A DNA stretch of 64,000 nucleotides from positions 288,001-352,000 of the forward strand of contig CAVSBO010000003.1 in NCBI GenBank assembly GCA_963726195.1. The letters are read 5' to 3'. The notes below the pieces were generated by a model. It made no database searches. It was given only the letters and a program-made list of their open reading frames with translations, and was not told the origin of the DNA. Origin of the DNA: Candidatus Thorarchaeota archaeon (GTDB lineage Archaea; Asgardarchaeota; Thorarchaeia; Thorarchaeales; Thorarchaeaceae). A program made the position numbers and the translations under genes. Position 1 is the stretch's first letter. Every line of letters begins with the position of its first letter. This document shows, in pieces, positions 12,481-22,514 of this stretch.

Positions 12481-12739
12481 CTCTCGCACCTTGTTTTGAC
12501 AGACAGGAGACCGCTTCAGGACCTCATGTACGCTGCATCTGCGGACACTCAACTTGGACGGCCTTGCGCGAATCTGAACAAGCTCGTTTTCATACTCTAA
12601 GATTCCGCCCAAAACGTGCCAGAATATGCCGCTCTGGGATGACTCACGCGATGCCTTTTTATTGCGACAGCCGCCAGCTCCCCTTCATAGGACGACTCAA
12701 GAAATCGTTCTAGACCTTCTAACATTAGGAGATTTCGTA

Positions 12740-13070
12740 ATGTCCAAGAAAACAGATAAGAAGCCAGCTGAGCCAGCAAAGAAGCCCGCTCCAGCCCCGG
12801 CAAAGCCTGCCCCGGCTGCTCCTGCAAAGCCCGCTCCAGCTCCAGCTAAGCCGGCTCCTCCTCCAGCGAAGCCAGCTCCCGGTCCGGCTCCAAAGCCAGC
12901 CGGTGCATTCGAGAAGTGGGAGTGCCAAGTCTGTGGATATGTCTACGATGAGGCCAAGGGGAGACCCTGACGGCGGAATCAAGCCTGGCACAAAGTTCTC
13001 AGCACTGCCGGATGACTGGGTATGCCCAATGTGCGGTGCTTCCAAAGAAGACTTTGAGAAAGTCAAGTAA
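12740..13070 (+). CDS. Rubredoxin with N-terminal Pro/Ala/Lys-rich repeat extension (extra G at ~12960)
   Basis: [15 protein letters not shown] + [35 protein letters not shown] after removing one G from GGGG; AGGAGA RBS upstream. Confidence 0.9.
12761..12903 (+). repeat. Imperfect coding tandem repeat (KPAP/PAKPA units)
   Basis: Recurring AAGCC(A/C/G/T)GC(T/C)CC units encoding [47 protein letters not shown]. Confidence 0.85.
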
Positions 13071-13079
13071 GACACAGCT

Positions 13080-13115
13080 GTGGGGCTTTCCGGCCCCACT
13101 TGCTCTTCTTTTTCT
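13080..13115 (+). terminator. GC hairpin plus T tract after rubredoxin
   Basis: GTGGGGC-TTTCCG-GCCCCAC then TTGCTCTTCTTTTTCT. Confidence 0.7.
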
Positions 13116-13129
13116 AACAACGCCTCGGC

Positions 13130-15734
13130 TCATCTGTTGCGTCCAGATTCGCGTAACAGATGAACAACGTCTGTGTTGACAGTCCTCTTCGTGACGTAGT
13201 ATACGGCGAGGAGTGACGCAATGAGAGAGAAAATCACCAAGAACAAGGTCCTGTAGTCAGCCAGGATGAAGAAGCCGCCGCTAAATCGAATCGCCAAGTC
13301 TCTCAGCGCGAGTTCGGCTCCAATCCCCGCAAGGCAACCGACAATCACGCCTGATATCATCGGAGCGGAACTCTCTGCCGCAAGCGTGCGTGCAATCTCT
13401 TTGCCACTCATCCCAAGTGATGAGAGCATTCCCAGCTCTCGTCTACGGGATGAAGAGACAGCCCAGCTGCTGATTAGCGCACTGACCAAGGTGGATATGA
13501 AGAGAGACGTCAATGATGCATTAACTAGCAGCTGGATTGACTGTAGTGCTGACACATAGTCTGCTTCGAGAGACGAAACCAGAGCGGGGTATGCTCCAGG
13601 CAACGATAGAAGCTCCGTAAGGACTGCTTTCGGGTTCGATGCCTCGATTAGCAAGCTGCTTGCCTTGAAGGCTTCTCCTTGCATGCTTGCCCATGTCTGC
13701 GTGCTGACAATGACGAATACTGGCTCGACAGACGAAAACATGAAGACCGGTACTGATGATTCACAAATCCCGACGATTGATAGATTCGCAGTCGGACCAA
13801 CGTTTACCTTGCCTCCGAGGTTGAGATTCAACGTGTTAGCCGCATACTCAGAGACAACACAAGACATGGGTTCCGAAATGACATCGAGACCACGTGTCAG
13901 ATTAACGGATTGTTCCATGCCCAGCGAAGCCATTTGCTCTAGGCCGTGGGGATCTACTCCCATCAGAAGACCATCTCTCGAGAGGGTAGACTGCCAAATG
14001 ATTTCTACAGCTTGATTCATTGGCACAACAGCCGTGATGTTGGGCATGTTCTCTATCTGCGTTATGACCGCCGAGTCTGCAGGAGGGTTCATGTAGACGA
14101 CCACGTTTGCTGATGTGGTTTGTCCAGCGACGTTCCTCTTCCACGACTCAGTGATTACGTAGCCGACGTTTGTAGACGCGAAGTATAGAACCGTGGCGGC
14201 AGCAAAGAGATTGAACACAACAAGACTCGCAAGAGTGTTTCGTTTCACGTTCTTTCTTGAGAGGGTCTTCACGACTTCTGATGCATGAACGACTAGGGGT
14301 CGGAGCGCCCTTCGTGAACTCGCCAGCTTGGGCGAAACGGCTGCCACTAGCAGAAGCAATGCAGGCACTGACATCATTCGTATCACGTCTAATGTAATGA
14401 TGTGCAGTTCGAAGATGTCAGAGACCATCTGGACCATGACCAATCCTGTGAGCGTAGCAGCAATGATTCCAAGCGTCGCTTGAATCTTCCTTCGACCCGA
14501 GGCTGAAAGAGTCCTGCCTACCTGAGCAGTCGGCAATGCTCCTGACCCAAGGCTGCTTGCAACTGACTCTCTTGATGCCCGCCAAGCGGGCAGGTAGCCT
14601 GCCATGAGCGTCAAAGCAAGACCGAAGGCGCATGAAATCAGAATGCTCACAGGGTCTCACTGTTGCAAGATTCTGGAAGTACTGACTCGTCGTGCCGACA
14701 AATGTGATTCGCGACAGAAGGACCAAGAAGTTCAGTACGACTGTTCCGATTGTGAGCCCAAGACAGATTCCTAGTCCGGCTCCGATGATTCCGATTGTGC
14801 CAACCTCGGCAAGAAACAGAGCGAGCACCTGCGATCTCGAGGACCCGAAAGCAAGGACAACCCCCGTCTCATAGCGCCGCTGGGCGAATATCATCGCGAA
14901 TGAAGAGAATACCCTGAATATTGCTGTGAAACAGGATGCTGCTACCAGCGCCAGCAAAACGGTCCGCGCCTGAGTTAGGAACAATGACGAGAGTCTGAGT
15001 GGATAGACCTTGAGGTTGTTGACCGAGAAGCCTTCGCCGCATACGGCCTTTATGAAGTCAGTCGCCGCCGGTGCGGCGAAGATATCATAGAGCTCAACCA
15101 TCAACTTGTTGGTTGACTGTGCTTCGTATTTTATTCTGTAGATATCCCATGCACGTTCGAGCGATATGAACACCACAGGACCAATAACGCCTTTGTCAAT
15201 TGCGGGACCGTATCCTGTCATATTGAATGAAGCCCAGCCAGCACTTGTATAAAGGGTGAGCGGGTCCCCCAATGAAACGTTCAGGAGTTTGAAGGCTTCT
15301 CTCGTCAGGAAGCATCCATTGCCTGAGACATCCACAGAACCTGCTGTCGCATATAGGCTGCCTATGTCGGACTCAAGCTGTGGGTCAAAACCTACGAGGA
15401 ACACAAAGACCCAGCTGACTGTCTCGTTAGGATATACAAACCGCGCGTATTCCTCGATTCGCGGAATGACTTTCATTACGCTAGGTCCGTTTTCTATGGC
15501 TGTTCTCATGTCGGTGGTAATCGGTACGTACTCTTTGGTAGCTGATACCGAAATATCCACCGGAGATAGTGTAGCCTTCAGAAAGAGGTTGGCGCTGTTC
15601 TCCAGACTGCTGCTAGCAGAAAGGGCAGTATAAAGAAGGCTCACTGAAATGGCAATCGAAAGCACCGTGACAGCGGCGACTCTTTTTCGCCTCAGTGCGT
15701 TCCTGAAACCTATGTGAGCCAGTTCCCGTATCAA
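13130..15734 (-). CDS. FtsX/MacB-type ABC transporter permease with two repeats (frameshift near 14650)
   Basis: RNALRRK...AISVSL, RRYETGVVLAFG, PAWRASR, RRRELGMLSSLG; no adjacent ATPase gene; start codon uncertain. Confidence 0.85.
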
Positions 15735-15887
15735 GGTCTTCTTGGTTCCGTGATGGTGATAACTAGGAACGTACTCGAGTACCTTTTCAAGATTCCACTT
15801 ACCAATCACCACAGTTTGCGCGGCGTTGTCGAAAGGTCCATAGGGACCGTTACGTGCATTCGAGACCCACTATTCGTAGAGGGTTCT

Positions 15888-16445
15888 ATGAGCATGCAAT
15901 GGAGCAAGAGACTGACTAAGATTGCGACGAATCGGAACATACTGCTGGGTCTCATGCTAGTCCTAATCCTAGGTATCATTATGATGGCTGTAATCCAGCC
16001 CCAGATGATGGCGTTGAGCGGAGGTCTGCCAATTCTGGACTCGCGCCTCTTCTATACTACGCCGGATGTGAACCAGCTGTTCACAGCACTGGGGGGCACT
16101 GGGCGCCTTCTGTACACTTATCATCAGGTTTTCGACTCGCTCTTTCCGGCTACCTACGGGATTGCTATTGCCCTCGCAATCGTGAGACTGGTGAACAGAG
16201 TCTCGCCCGGCGAAAGTCGGCTTAGGTTGACTGTGTTCATACCCTTCATTGCTGCCCTCACCGATTACGCTGAGAACTGCCTAATCGCCTCACAGCTTGC
16301 TTCTTTTCCAACTCTTTCTAGCGGAATCATCATGGCCGCTGCTATCATGACTCTCTCCAAGTGGATGCTGATCGTGGTGGCCTTTGGGATTCTGATTGTG
16401 CTCGGCATTGTGACAATGGGAAAAGGAAAGCAAACTCACGCATAG
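15888..16445 (+). CDS. Hypothetical membrane protein (4 TM)
   Basis: Hydrophobic segments; LDSRLFYT, DSLFP and DYAEN motifs. Confidence 0.7.
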   Translation: MSMQWSKRLTKIATNRNILLGLMLVLILGIIMMAVIQPQMMALSGGLPILDSRLFYTTPDVNQLFTALGGTGRLLYTYHQVFDSLFPATYGIAIALAIVRLVNRVSPGESRLRLTVFIPFIAALTDYAENCLIASQLASFPTLSSGIIMAAAIMTLSKWMLIVVAFGILIVLGIVTMGKGKQTHA

Positions 16446-16535
16446 TGCTTTCGAGCGCGCTCCAATGGTCAAAGCAAATGCTTTTGAACCGTTCATAACG
16501 GGTGAACAGATACCAGCAAACAGGGCTTGGTCAAC

Positions 16536-18272
16536 ATGGACGAGAAGCTGCTCAAGCTTAGACACTCGTTGTCTCACGTGATGGCAGAAGTAGTGCTCAA
16601 GAAGTTTCCAGATGCTCTGCTGGGAATAGGACCGGCTATAGAGGAGGGATTCTATTACGACTTCCTCTTGTCCCGAACGCTGACTCCTGAAGACCTTGAC
16701 GAAATAGAACAGGAAATGAGAAGAATCGTCAAGGGCAACTTCAAGTTCGTTAGAAAGGAATTGTCACGAGCTGAGGCAAAGAAGGCCTTCAAGAACCAGA
16801 GGTTCAAGCTCGAACTGATCAACGAACTACCCGAAGGAGAGACCATCTCCACGTACACGAGTGATACGTTTACGGACCTCTGCAAGGGGCCTCATGTTGA
16901 AAGTACGAAGGACATACCAGCCAATGCCTTCAAGCTTCTTGAGACATCAGGAGCCTACTGGCGGGGTGATGAGAAGAATCCTCAGATGCAGAGGATTTAC
17001 GGAACCGCTTTCTCCACGAAGACCGAGCTTGATGAGTACCTCAAGAGATTGGTAGAAATCAAGGAGAGGGACCACCGCAAGCTAGGGAAGGACCTTGAGC
17101 TATTCCATTTGTCAGACGACGTCGGGTCAGGCTTGGTGCTCTGGCTGCCGAAAGGCGCTGCTGTCAGAGCTGCCCTTGAAGAATACTGGAGGTCTGCTCA
17201 CTTCAAGGCGGGCTACCAAATTGTCTACTCACCCCACATAGCCAAGCTCGACTTGTGGAAGACGAGCCATCACTGGGAGTTCTACAGAGAAAACATGTAT
17301 TCCCCAATGACGATTGAGGAACAGGAGTATGAACTCAAACCGATGAACTGCCCATTTCACATAATGATGTACAAGATGCGCAAGAGAAGCTATCGCGAGC
17401 TCCCATTGAGATGGGCCGAACTCGGAACCGTCTACCGATATGAACGGTCAGGCGTGCTTCATGGTCTGATGAGAGTTAGAGGGTTCACACAGGACGATGC
17501 GCATATATTCGTGGCGCCCGAACAGCTCGACCAAGAACTTGTGAACATCTTGAATCTGAACCTACAGATCCTGAGAACCTGCGGTTTCTCGGAATACGAC
17601 ATCTATCTGAGCACAATGCCCGAACACCACGTTGGTTCAGATGAGAATTGGAAGAGAGCAACTGATGCACTCGGGAATGTCCTTGAGAAGTTGAAGCTCT
17701 CCTACAAGATCGACCCAGGTGAGGGCGTTTTCTACGGTCCAAAGATTGACATCAAAATAAAGGATACGCTCGGCAGGTCATGGCAATGCACGACCATCCA
17801 GGTCGACTTCAATCTTCCAGAGGCTTTCCAAGTGACTTACATCGGAGAAGATGGGCAGGAACACCAGCCAATCATGCTGCACAGGGCCCTCATGGGATCA
17901 TTAGAACGGTTCTTCGGTGTACTAATCGAGCACTACAAAGGCGCATTTCCGGTCTGGATGGCCCCTGTCCAAGCAAGGCTCATTCCTGTCACGGACAAGC
18001 AGCTCGAATACTGTCGCAAGGTCGTAGCTGAGTTGAGGGACATGGGAATACGCGCCGAGCTAGACGATGCACCTGAGCGAATGCAAAAGAAGATACTGAC
18101 TGCTCAGCAGGAGAAGGTTCCATACCAGCTTGTCGTGGGAGAGAGAGAGGCGGGACAAGAACAGGTGGCAGTGAGACTAAGAACAAATGAGGACTTGGGA
18201 CCAATGCCACTCGCCGATTTCAAGCAAATGATAAGGCGGATCGTCGACCAGCGTTCGGCTTTGCTTAAGTAG
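16536..18272 (+). CDS. thrS: Threonyl-tRNA synthetase, bacterial type, without N-terminal TGS domain
   Basis: RHSLSH, DLCKGPH editing motif, GAYWRGD, RDHRKLG, KPMNCP, RVRGFTQDDAH, FYGPKID, HRALMGSLERF. Confidence 0.97.
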   Translation: MDEKLLKLRHSLSHVMAEVVLKKFPDALLGIGPAIEEGFYYDFLLSRTLTPEDLDEIEQEMRRIVKGNFKFVRKELSRAEAKKAFKNQRFKLELINELPEGETISTYTSDTFTDLCKGPHVESTKDIPANAFKLLETSGAYWRGDEKNPQMQRIYGTAFSTKTELDEYLKRLVEIKERDHRKLGKDLELFHLSDDVGSGLVLWLPKGAAVRAALEEYWRSAHFKAGYQIVYSPHIAKLDLWKTSHHWEFYRENMYSPMTIEEQEYELKPMNCPFHIMMYKMRKRSYRELPLRWAELGTVYRYERSGVLHGLMRVRGFTQDDAHIFVAPEQLDQELVNILNLNLQILRTCGFSEYDIYLSTMPEHHVGSDENWKRATDALGNVLEKLKLSYKIDPGEGVFYGPKIDIKIKDTLGRSWQCTTIQVDFNLPEAFQVTYIGEDGQEHQPIMLHRALMGSLERFFGVLIEHYKGAFPVWMAPVQARLIPVTDKQLEYCRKVVAELRDMGIRAELDDAPERMQKKILTAQQEKVPYQLVVGEREAGQEQVAVRLRTNEDLGPMPLADFKQMIRRIVDQRSALLK

Positions 18273-18335
18273 ACTCGATTCTGATGGGTCGCAAAGAGGT
18301 TTTTGTTGCCCTCTGTGGCTTGATGAGTTGGAACT

Positions 18336-18345
18336 ACTTATATAG
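18336..18345 (+). promoter_or_regulatory. TATA box upstream of the peptide ABC operon
   Basis: ACTTATATAG about 85 bp before the GTG start; GGAGG RBS at ~18415. Confidence 0.55.
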
Positions 18346-18427
18346 ATGTACAGCTATCCGGGTTGAGCACACCGCAATTGCTTTGCGATTGCGCTGGTAA
18401 GCTTGGTTAGTAATGGAGGATTCATAA

Positions 18428-20068
18428 GTGCAAAGAAACCAAATGATAGCGCTTGTGGTCATTGTCGTCATCGTTGCTGGAGCGGTGGGCGCATACTACG
18501 TGTTTACGCCACCAGTTAGAGGTCAAACCATTATCATTGGTACGACTGACTCCGTCGAAGCATCGCTCGACAATGCCCTTGCGTATGACTACTTTGGCTG
18601 GGAGATCATAACATCGGTCTCCTCCGGCCTTGTTGACATAGCGCCGGGATCACAGGCTGGAGCTTCTGACATAGTTCCCGCCTTGGCAACCTCATGGATC
18701 ATGAGCGGAGCCGGCTTGATTTGGGACTTCCAGCTAAGAACTGGGGTAACGTTTGATGGCGTCAGGCCATTCAACGCAGCAGTGGTCAAGTACACCTTCG
18801 ACAGGAACTGCAACTTGACTGGTTTGGGTCTGGCAGAGCCAGACGGCCCTCAGGTCAACATAGGTTACTCAGACATCATAAAGAACGTCACAGTAATGGG
18901 AGATTACTCAGTCAGGTTCAACCTCAAGATCCCATTTGCTCCGTTCCTGCAGCTCATGGCCTGTGCTGCATCGTACATAGTCGACCCGACAATTGCCCCA
19001 ATGCACACCCTTGTACCATACACGGCGGGCAACGCCACTGCAAGCAATCCGTGCGCACTGGGACCCTACCTGCTTCAGAAGTGGGATCGTACAGGTACCA
19101 GCGACGTGCAGATATGGCTGATCAAGAACCCCAACTACTGGAACATTTCCGCTGGCTTCCCGAAGACGAACCAAATCAAGATAATAATGTACTCGGATGC
19201 TACTGCATTGGCAACGGCCATGTCTGCCGGTGAGATTGACATCGCCTACAGACAGCTGCTGCCTACAGCAATCGGAGCATTCAAGACCAACACCAATGTC
19301 AAGGTCTGGGAAGGTGTCGGAGCACAAATCCAGTATCTCTGCTTCCAGCAGAGAATCTTCCCGTTCAACAACACTAATGTAAGAAAGGCCATCGCTGCAT
19401 GTCTCGACAGAACCAACGTCTGTAACACCGTGTTCTTGGGTACTGCCTCTCCACTGTATAGCATAATCCCCAATGGGATGGCATACCACAAGGACTCCTT
19501 CCTTCCGTACGGTTCAGCCAACTACAGCTATGCACAGAGTCTGCTGGCACCACTCGGGTATAATGCGACCCACCCACTCTCATTCAACTTCTGGTACGAG
19601 AGTTCGGGACACTATCCGTCAAGCCCTCAACAGGCACTTGTCTATCAGTCCGACCTCGAGGCTAGTGGCGTCATATCAGTGACCCTCAAGACTGCAACTT
19701 GGGCTGATTACAAGAAGTGCAGAGACAACGCAACAATGCCAGTGTACGTCTATGGTTGGTACCCGGACTACGTGGACCCCGATGACTATGCATTCCTGCC
19801 ATTTGCTGCTTGGCTCAACATGGGATACAACAACACGTACCCAGCTGGCGGCGTAGCCCAGTACAACTACTGGGTTGGTGGTCGAAGTGCCACAACCGGA
19901 GCTGGTCGCCTCGGCAACTACACAGCTCTGCAGAACCTGCAGGCATCTGAGTGCTCAATGGTTCCACTTTGGCAGAAGAGCACAGAGGCCGTGACCAAGC
20001 TCGACATAAAGGGCATAGTCTTTGACATTACCGTAAACTGGCGCAACTGGCTGTTGTACATAGGGTAA
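18428..20068 (+). CDS. Peptide/nickel ABC transporter substrate-binding protein (family 5)
   Basis: N-terminal TM anchor; VPALATSW, LRTGVTF, GPY, NPNYW, VRKAIA, WYPDYVDPD. Confidence 0.92.
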   Translation: MQRNQMIALVVIVVIVAGAVGAYYVFTPPVRGQTIIIGTTDSVEASLDNALAYDYFGWEIITSVSSGLVDIAPGSQAGASDIVPALATSWIMSGAGLIWDFQLRTGVTFDGVRPFNAAVVKYTFDRNCNLTGLGLAEPDGPQVNIGYSDIIKNVTVMGDYSVRFNLKIPFAPFLQLMACAASYIVDPTIAPMHTLVPYTAGNATASNPCALGPYLLQKWDRTGTSDVQIWLIKNPNYWNISAGFPKTNQIKIIMYSDATALATAMSAGEIDIAYRQLLPTAIGAFKTNTNVKVWEGVGAQIQYLCFQQRIFPFNNTNVRKAIAACLDRTNVCNTVFLGTASPLYSIIPNGMAYHKDSFLPYGSANYSYAQSLLAPLGYNATHPLSFNFWYESSGHYPSSPQQALVYQSDLEASGVISVTLKTATWADYKKCRDNATMPVYVYGWYPDYVDPDDYAFLPFAAWLNMGYNNTYPAGGVAQYNYWVGGRSATTGAGRLGNYTALQNLQASECSMVPLWQKSTEAVTKLDIKGIVFDITVNWRNWLLYIG

Positions 20069-20096
20069 AAGTCGCAATCTAGATTGTAGACAAAAG

Positions 20097-20201
20097 TGTG
20101 CTACTAAGCTGAGTGGTCTGTTCTCGGTCTCTATCCGCAGGCCTTAAGAACAGCTACGATTCTGGGAACAGCTTGGTAGCACATCGATTTCTTTCCCAGA
20201 A
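20097..20201 (+). ncRNA. Candidate structured intercistronic RNA element
   Basis: 15-bp outer stem 20097-20111/20169-20183, nested stems, and a bulge complementary to 20193-20201. Confidence 0.45.
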
Positions 20202-20212
20202 AGGTGAACTTG

Positions 20213-21229
20213 ATGTCTCTCAGGTCCTACATTGTAAGCCGTGTTCTAATGACCATACCAATGGTGATGCTGCTCCTCACCTTGGTCTTCATAGTCCTTA
20301 GATGGGTACCCGGTGACCCGGCTTCACTCCATTTCGAAAAGAACGTCAACCCTCAGGTGCTGCAGGCGTTTCGACACGAGTTTGGGCTTGACGTGCCGCT
20401 ATGGCAGCAATACTTCAACTACCTTGCTGCGCTATTTCATGGTGATCTGGGCATATCGATGTCTGACCGTACGCCCGTAATTCAAGGCATAGCCTCTGCT
20501 TTTCCTGCCACCCTCGAGTTGGCAATCTACTCCATGACATTCGCTGTTTTGCTCGGCATCGCGCTGGGCATTAAGTCGTCGAAGAAATACGAATCTCTTA
20601 CTGACGTATCCGTGAGACTCTTCGGTATCGTCACCTATGCGATTCCTGTCTTCTTTCTAGGTTTGGTGCTTCAGATAGTCTTTGCCGTCTGGCTTCATTG
20701 GCTCCCGACTTCCGGACGCTTCGAGAATCAATTCCTTGAGTACCAACCTGCGCACATCACAGGCCTTTACACAATCGATAGTATTCTAACAGGTAACTGG
20801 TTCGCTTTTGCAGTATCACTCAGATGTCTGATTCTGCCTTCCATTACACTTGGTACTGTCTTATGTGGTGTTTTCATCCGTCTAACTCGTACAAACATGC
20901 TTGAGACTTTAAGACAGGACTTCGTCGTCGCTGCCGAGGCCAGAGGTCTTCCCGAGAGTGTAGTCACAATGGGTTATGCTTTCAAGAATGCATTCTTACC
21001 AATTCTTACGATGATAGGTCTGCAATTCGCGGCTCTTCTCGCAGGGGCAGTGCTTACCGAGACTACGTTCAACTGGCCGGGCATAGGAAGGTTTCTTATT
21101 CAAAGCATAAACAACCGAGACTACACCTCAGTTCAAGGTGTTGTTGTAGTCTTCGGACTCTTGGTTACGGTAGTCAGCCTGTGTGTGGATATACTCTACG
21201 CCTACCTTGATCCTCGGATTAGGCTTTAG
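20213..21229 (+). CDS. Peptide ABC transporter permease (DppB/OppB-like)
   Basis: PGDPA, GDLGIS, FPATLEL, EAA-loop AEARGL, ETTFNWPGIG, DILYAYLDPRIR. Confidence 0.93.
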   Translation: MSLRSYIVSRVLMTIPMVMLLLTLVFIVLRWVPGDPASLHFEKNVNPQVLQAFRHEFGLDVPLWQQYFNYLAALFHGDLGISMSDRTPVIQGIASAFPATLELAIYSMTFAVLLGIALGIKSSKKYESLTDVSVRLFGIVTYAIPVFFLGLVLQIVFAVWLHWLPTSGRFENQFLEYQPAHITGLYTIDSILTGNWFAFAVSLRCLILPSITLGTVLCGVFIRLTRTNMLETLRQDFVVAAEARGLPESVVTMGYAFKNAFLPILTMIGLQFAALLAGAVLTETTFNWPGIGRFLIQSINNRDYTSVQGVVVVFGLLVTVVSLCVDILYAYLDPRIRL

Positions 21230-21289
21230 GAGGCGCAGGGAACGACCAGTAACACATCTGTTCGAGGAGTCTTCCTTAGGCTGAAGTCT

Positions 21290-22507
21290 GTGAAGGGCGA
21301 TCTTAAGAATCGTTCACCCCGTTGGTGGGTGGCCTTCATCATTGTCGTAGGTCTCTCGCTTTCTTTCTTAGGTGCTCTCTTCGTTCTTGCACTGCACTCC
21401 AACAGTAACTACGGACTGCCCGTAGTGGGCGGGACGTTCGTTATTGCCTGTGTTGTACTGGTTGCATACAAGTTTCAGAAGCAGAGTGTTGCCATCGGTC
21501 GCCTGAAGCGCACGCAAGGTCGCATGCTCTTTGTAGGTGCCTGCCTAGCAAGTAGCGTTGCTGTCTTCCCGGGAGCGTGGGTCCTAGTTCCTGCTCTAGT
21601 CGGCAGCTTTTCGTTTTCAGTGATTCTCGGGGGTCTATTGCTCGGAGTCATCATGCTTTTGATTTTTGAGATTCGCCCGCTTCTGACTATCCGTGGATCA
21701 CCAGGCTATATCGCAGAAGCGGGGCTACTCATGGTCTTCACCATGACTTACATGACCGTGGTTTCTTACTGGATAACTCCTTACCCAGCCACCAAGATCA
21801 ATGTAGGTCCAATACTCGTGCCACCAAGTGCTGCTTTTCCGCTTGGAACAACATCCTTGGGTCAGGACCTTCTTAGCAGAGTTCTCACTGGTGGAGCAAT
21901 CATGCTTCAGGTCGCCATCATCTCTGTTACTATATGTTTCTCGATTGGCGTGCCTGTGGCCCTCGCAGCCTCGTACAGGGGCGGAATTGTAGACCGTGTT
22001 ACAGCTCTAGTAATGGATAGCATATACGCGTTCCCGGGGTTGGTGCTAGCAATTGCCATTGCTGCCATGCTTGGTCCGGGAGCTGTAAACATGGCACTTT
22101 CTATCGCAGTGGTTTACATACCATCATACTTCAGAGTTATACGGAGCCAAGCGCTGACAATCAAGGAGCTGCCTTACGTAGAAGCGGCAGTGGCAATGGG
22201 TGCACGTAGCCGCGACATACTGTTCAGGTACATCCTGCCCAATGTCTTGCCCTCAGTCATGGTAGTCATGACTATCAATTTTGCAGATGCCATACTGACT
22301 GCAGCTGGACTGACGTTTGTGGGGCTTGGCCTTCCAGTTAGCGTACCCGATTGGGGTTGGGACCTTACCTTCGGACGCCAACTGGCCATAAGCGGTTATT
22401 GGTGGGTGATAGCGTTCCCCGGTCTCATGATAGTACTGCTGGCTCTTGGATTCACCCTTGCAGGGGAAGGTCTGAATGAGATAGTAACACCGAAGCTCAA
22501 GGAGTGA
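21290..22507 (+). CDS. Peptide ABC transporter permease (DppC/OppC-like) with extra N-terminal TM region
   Basis: PLGTTSLGQDLLSR, YVEAAVAMGA, PDWG, WWVIAFPG; about 140 extra hydrophobic residues N-terminally; start uncertain. Confidence 0.9.
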   Translation: MKGDLKNRSPRWWVAFIIVVGLSLSFLGALFVLALHSNSNYGLPVVGGTFVIACVVLVAYKFQKQSVAIGRLKRTQGRMLFVGACLASSVAVFPGAWVLVPALVGSFSFSVILGGLLLGVIMLLIFEIRPLLTIRGSPGYIAEAGLLMVFTMTYMTVVSYWITPYPATKINVGPILVPPSAAFPLGTTSLGQDLLSRVLTGGAIMLQVAIISVTICFSIGVPVALAASYRGGIVDRVTALVMDSIYAFPGLVLAIAIAAMLGPGAVNMALSIAVVYIPSYFRVIRSQALTIKELPYVEAAVAMGARSRDILFRYILPNVLPSVMVVMTINFADAILTAAGLTFVGLGLPVSVPDWGWDLTFGRQLAISGYWWVIAFPGLMIVLLALGFTLAGEGLNEIVTPKLKE

Positions 22508-22514
22508 ATATCGT

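Noticed and set aside
12955-12975. TGA in rubredoxin (and in DUF362 near 59375) as selenocysteine or readthrough
   Set aside because: The homologous sequence continues in a different frame, not past the TGA, so these are indels. No convincing SECIS was identified.
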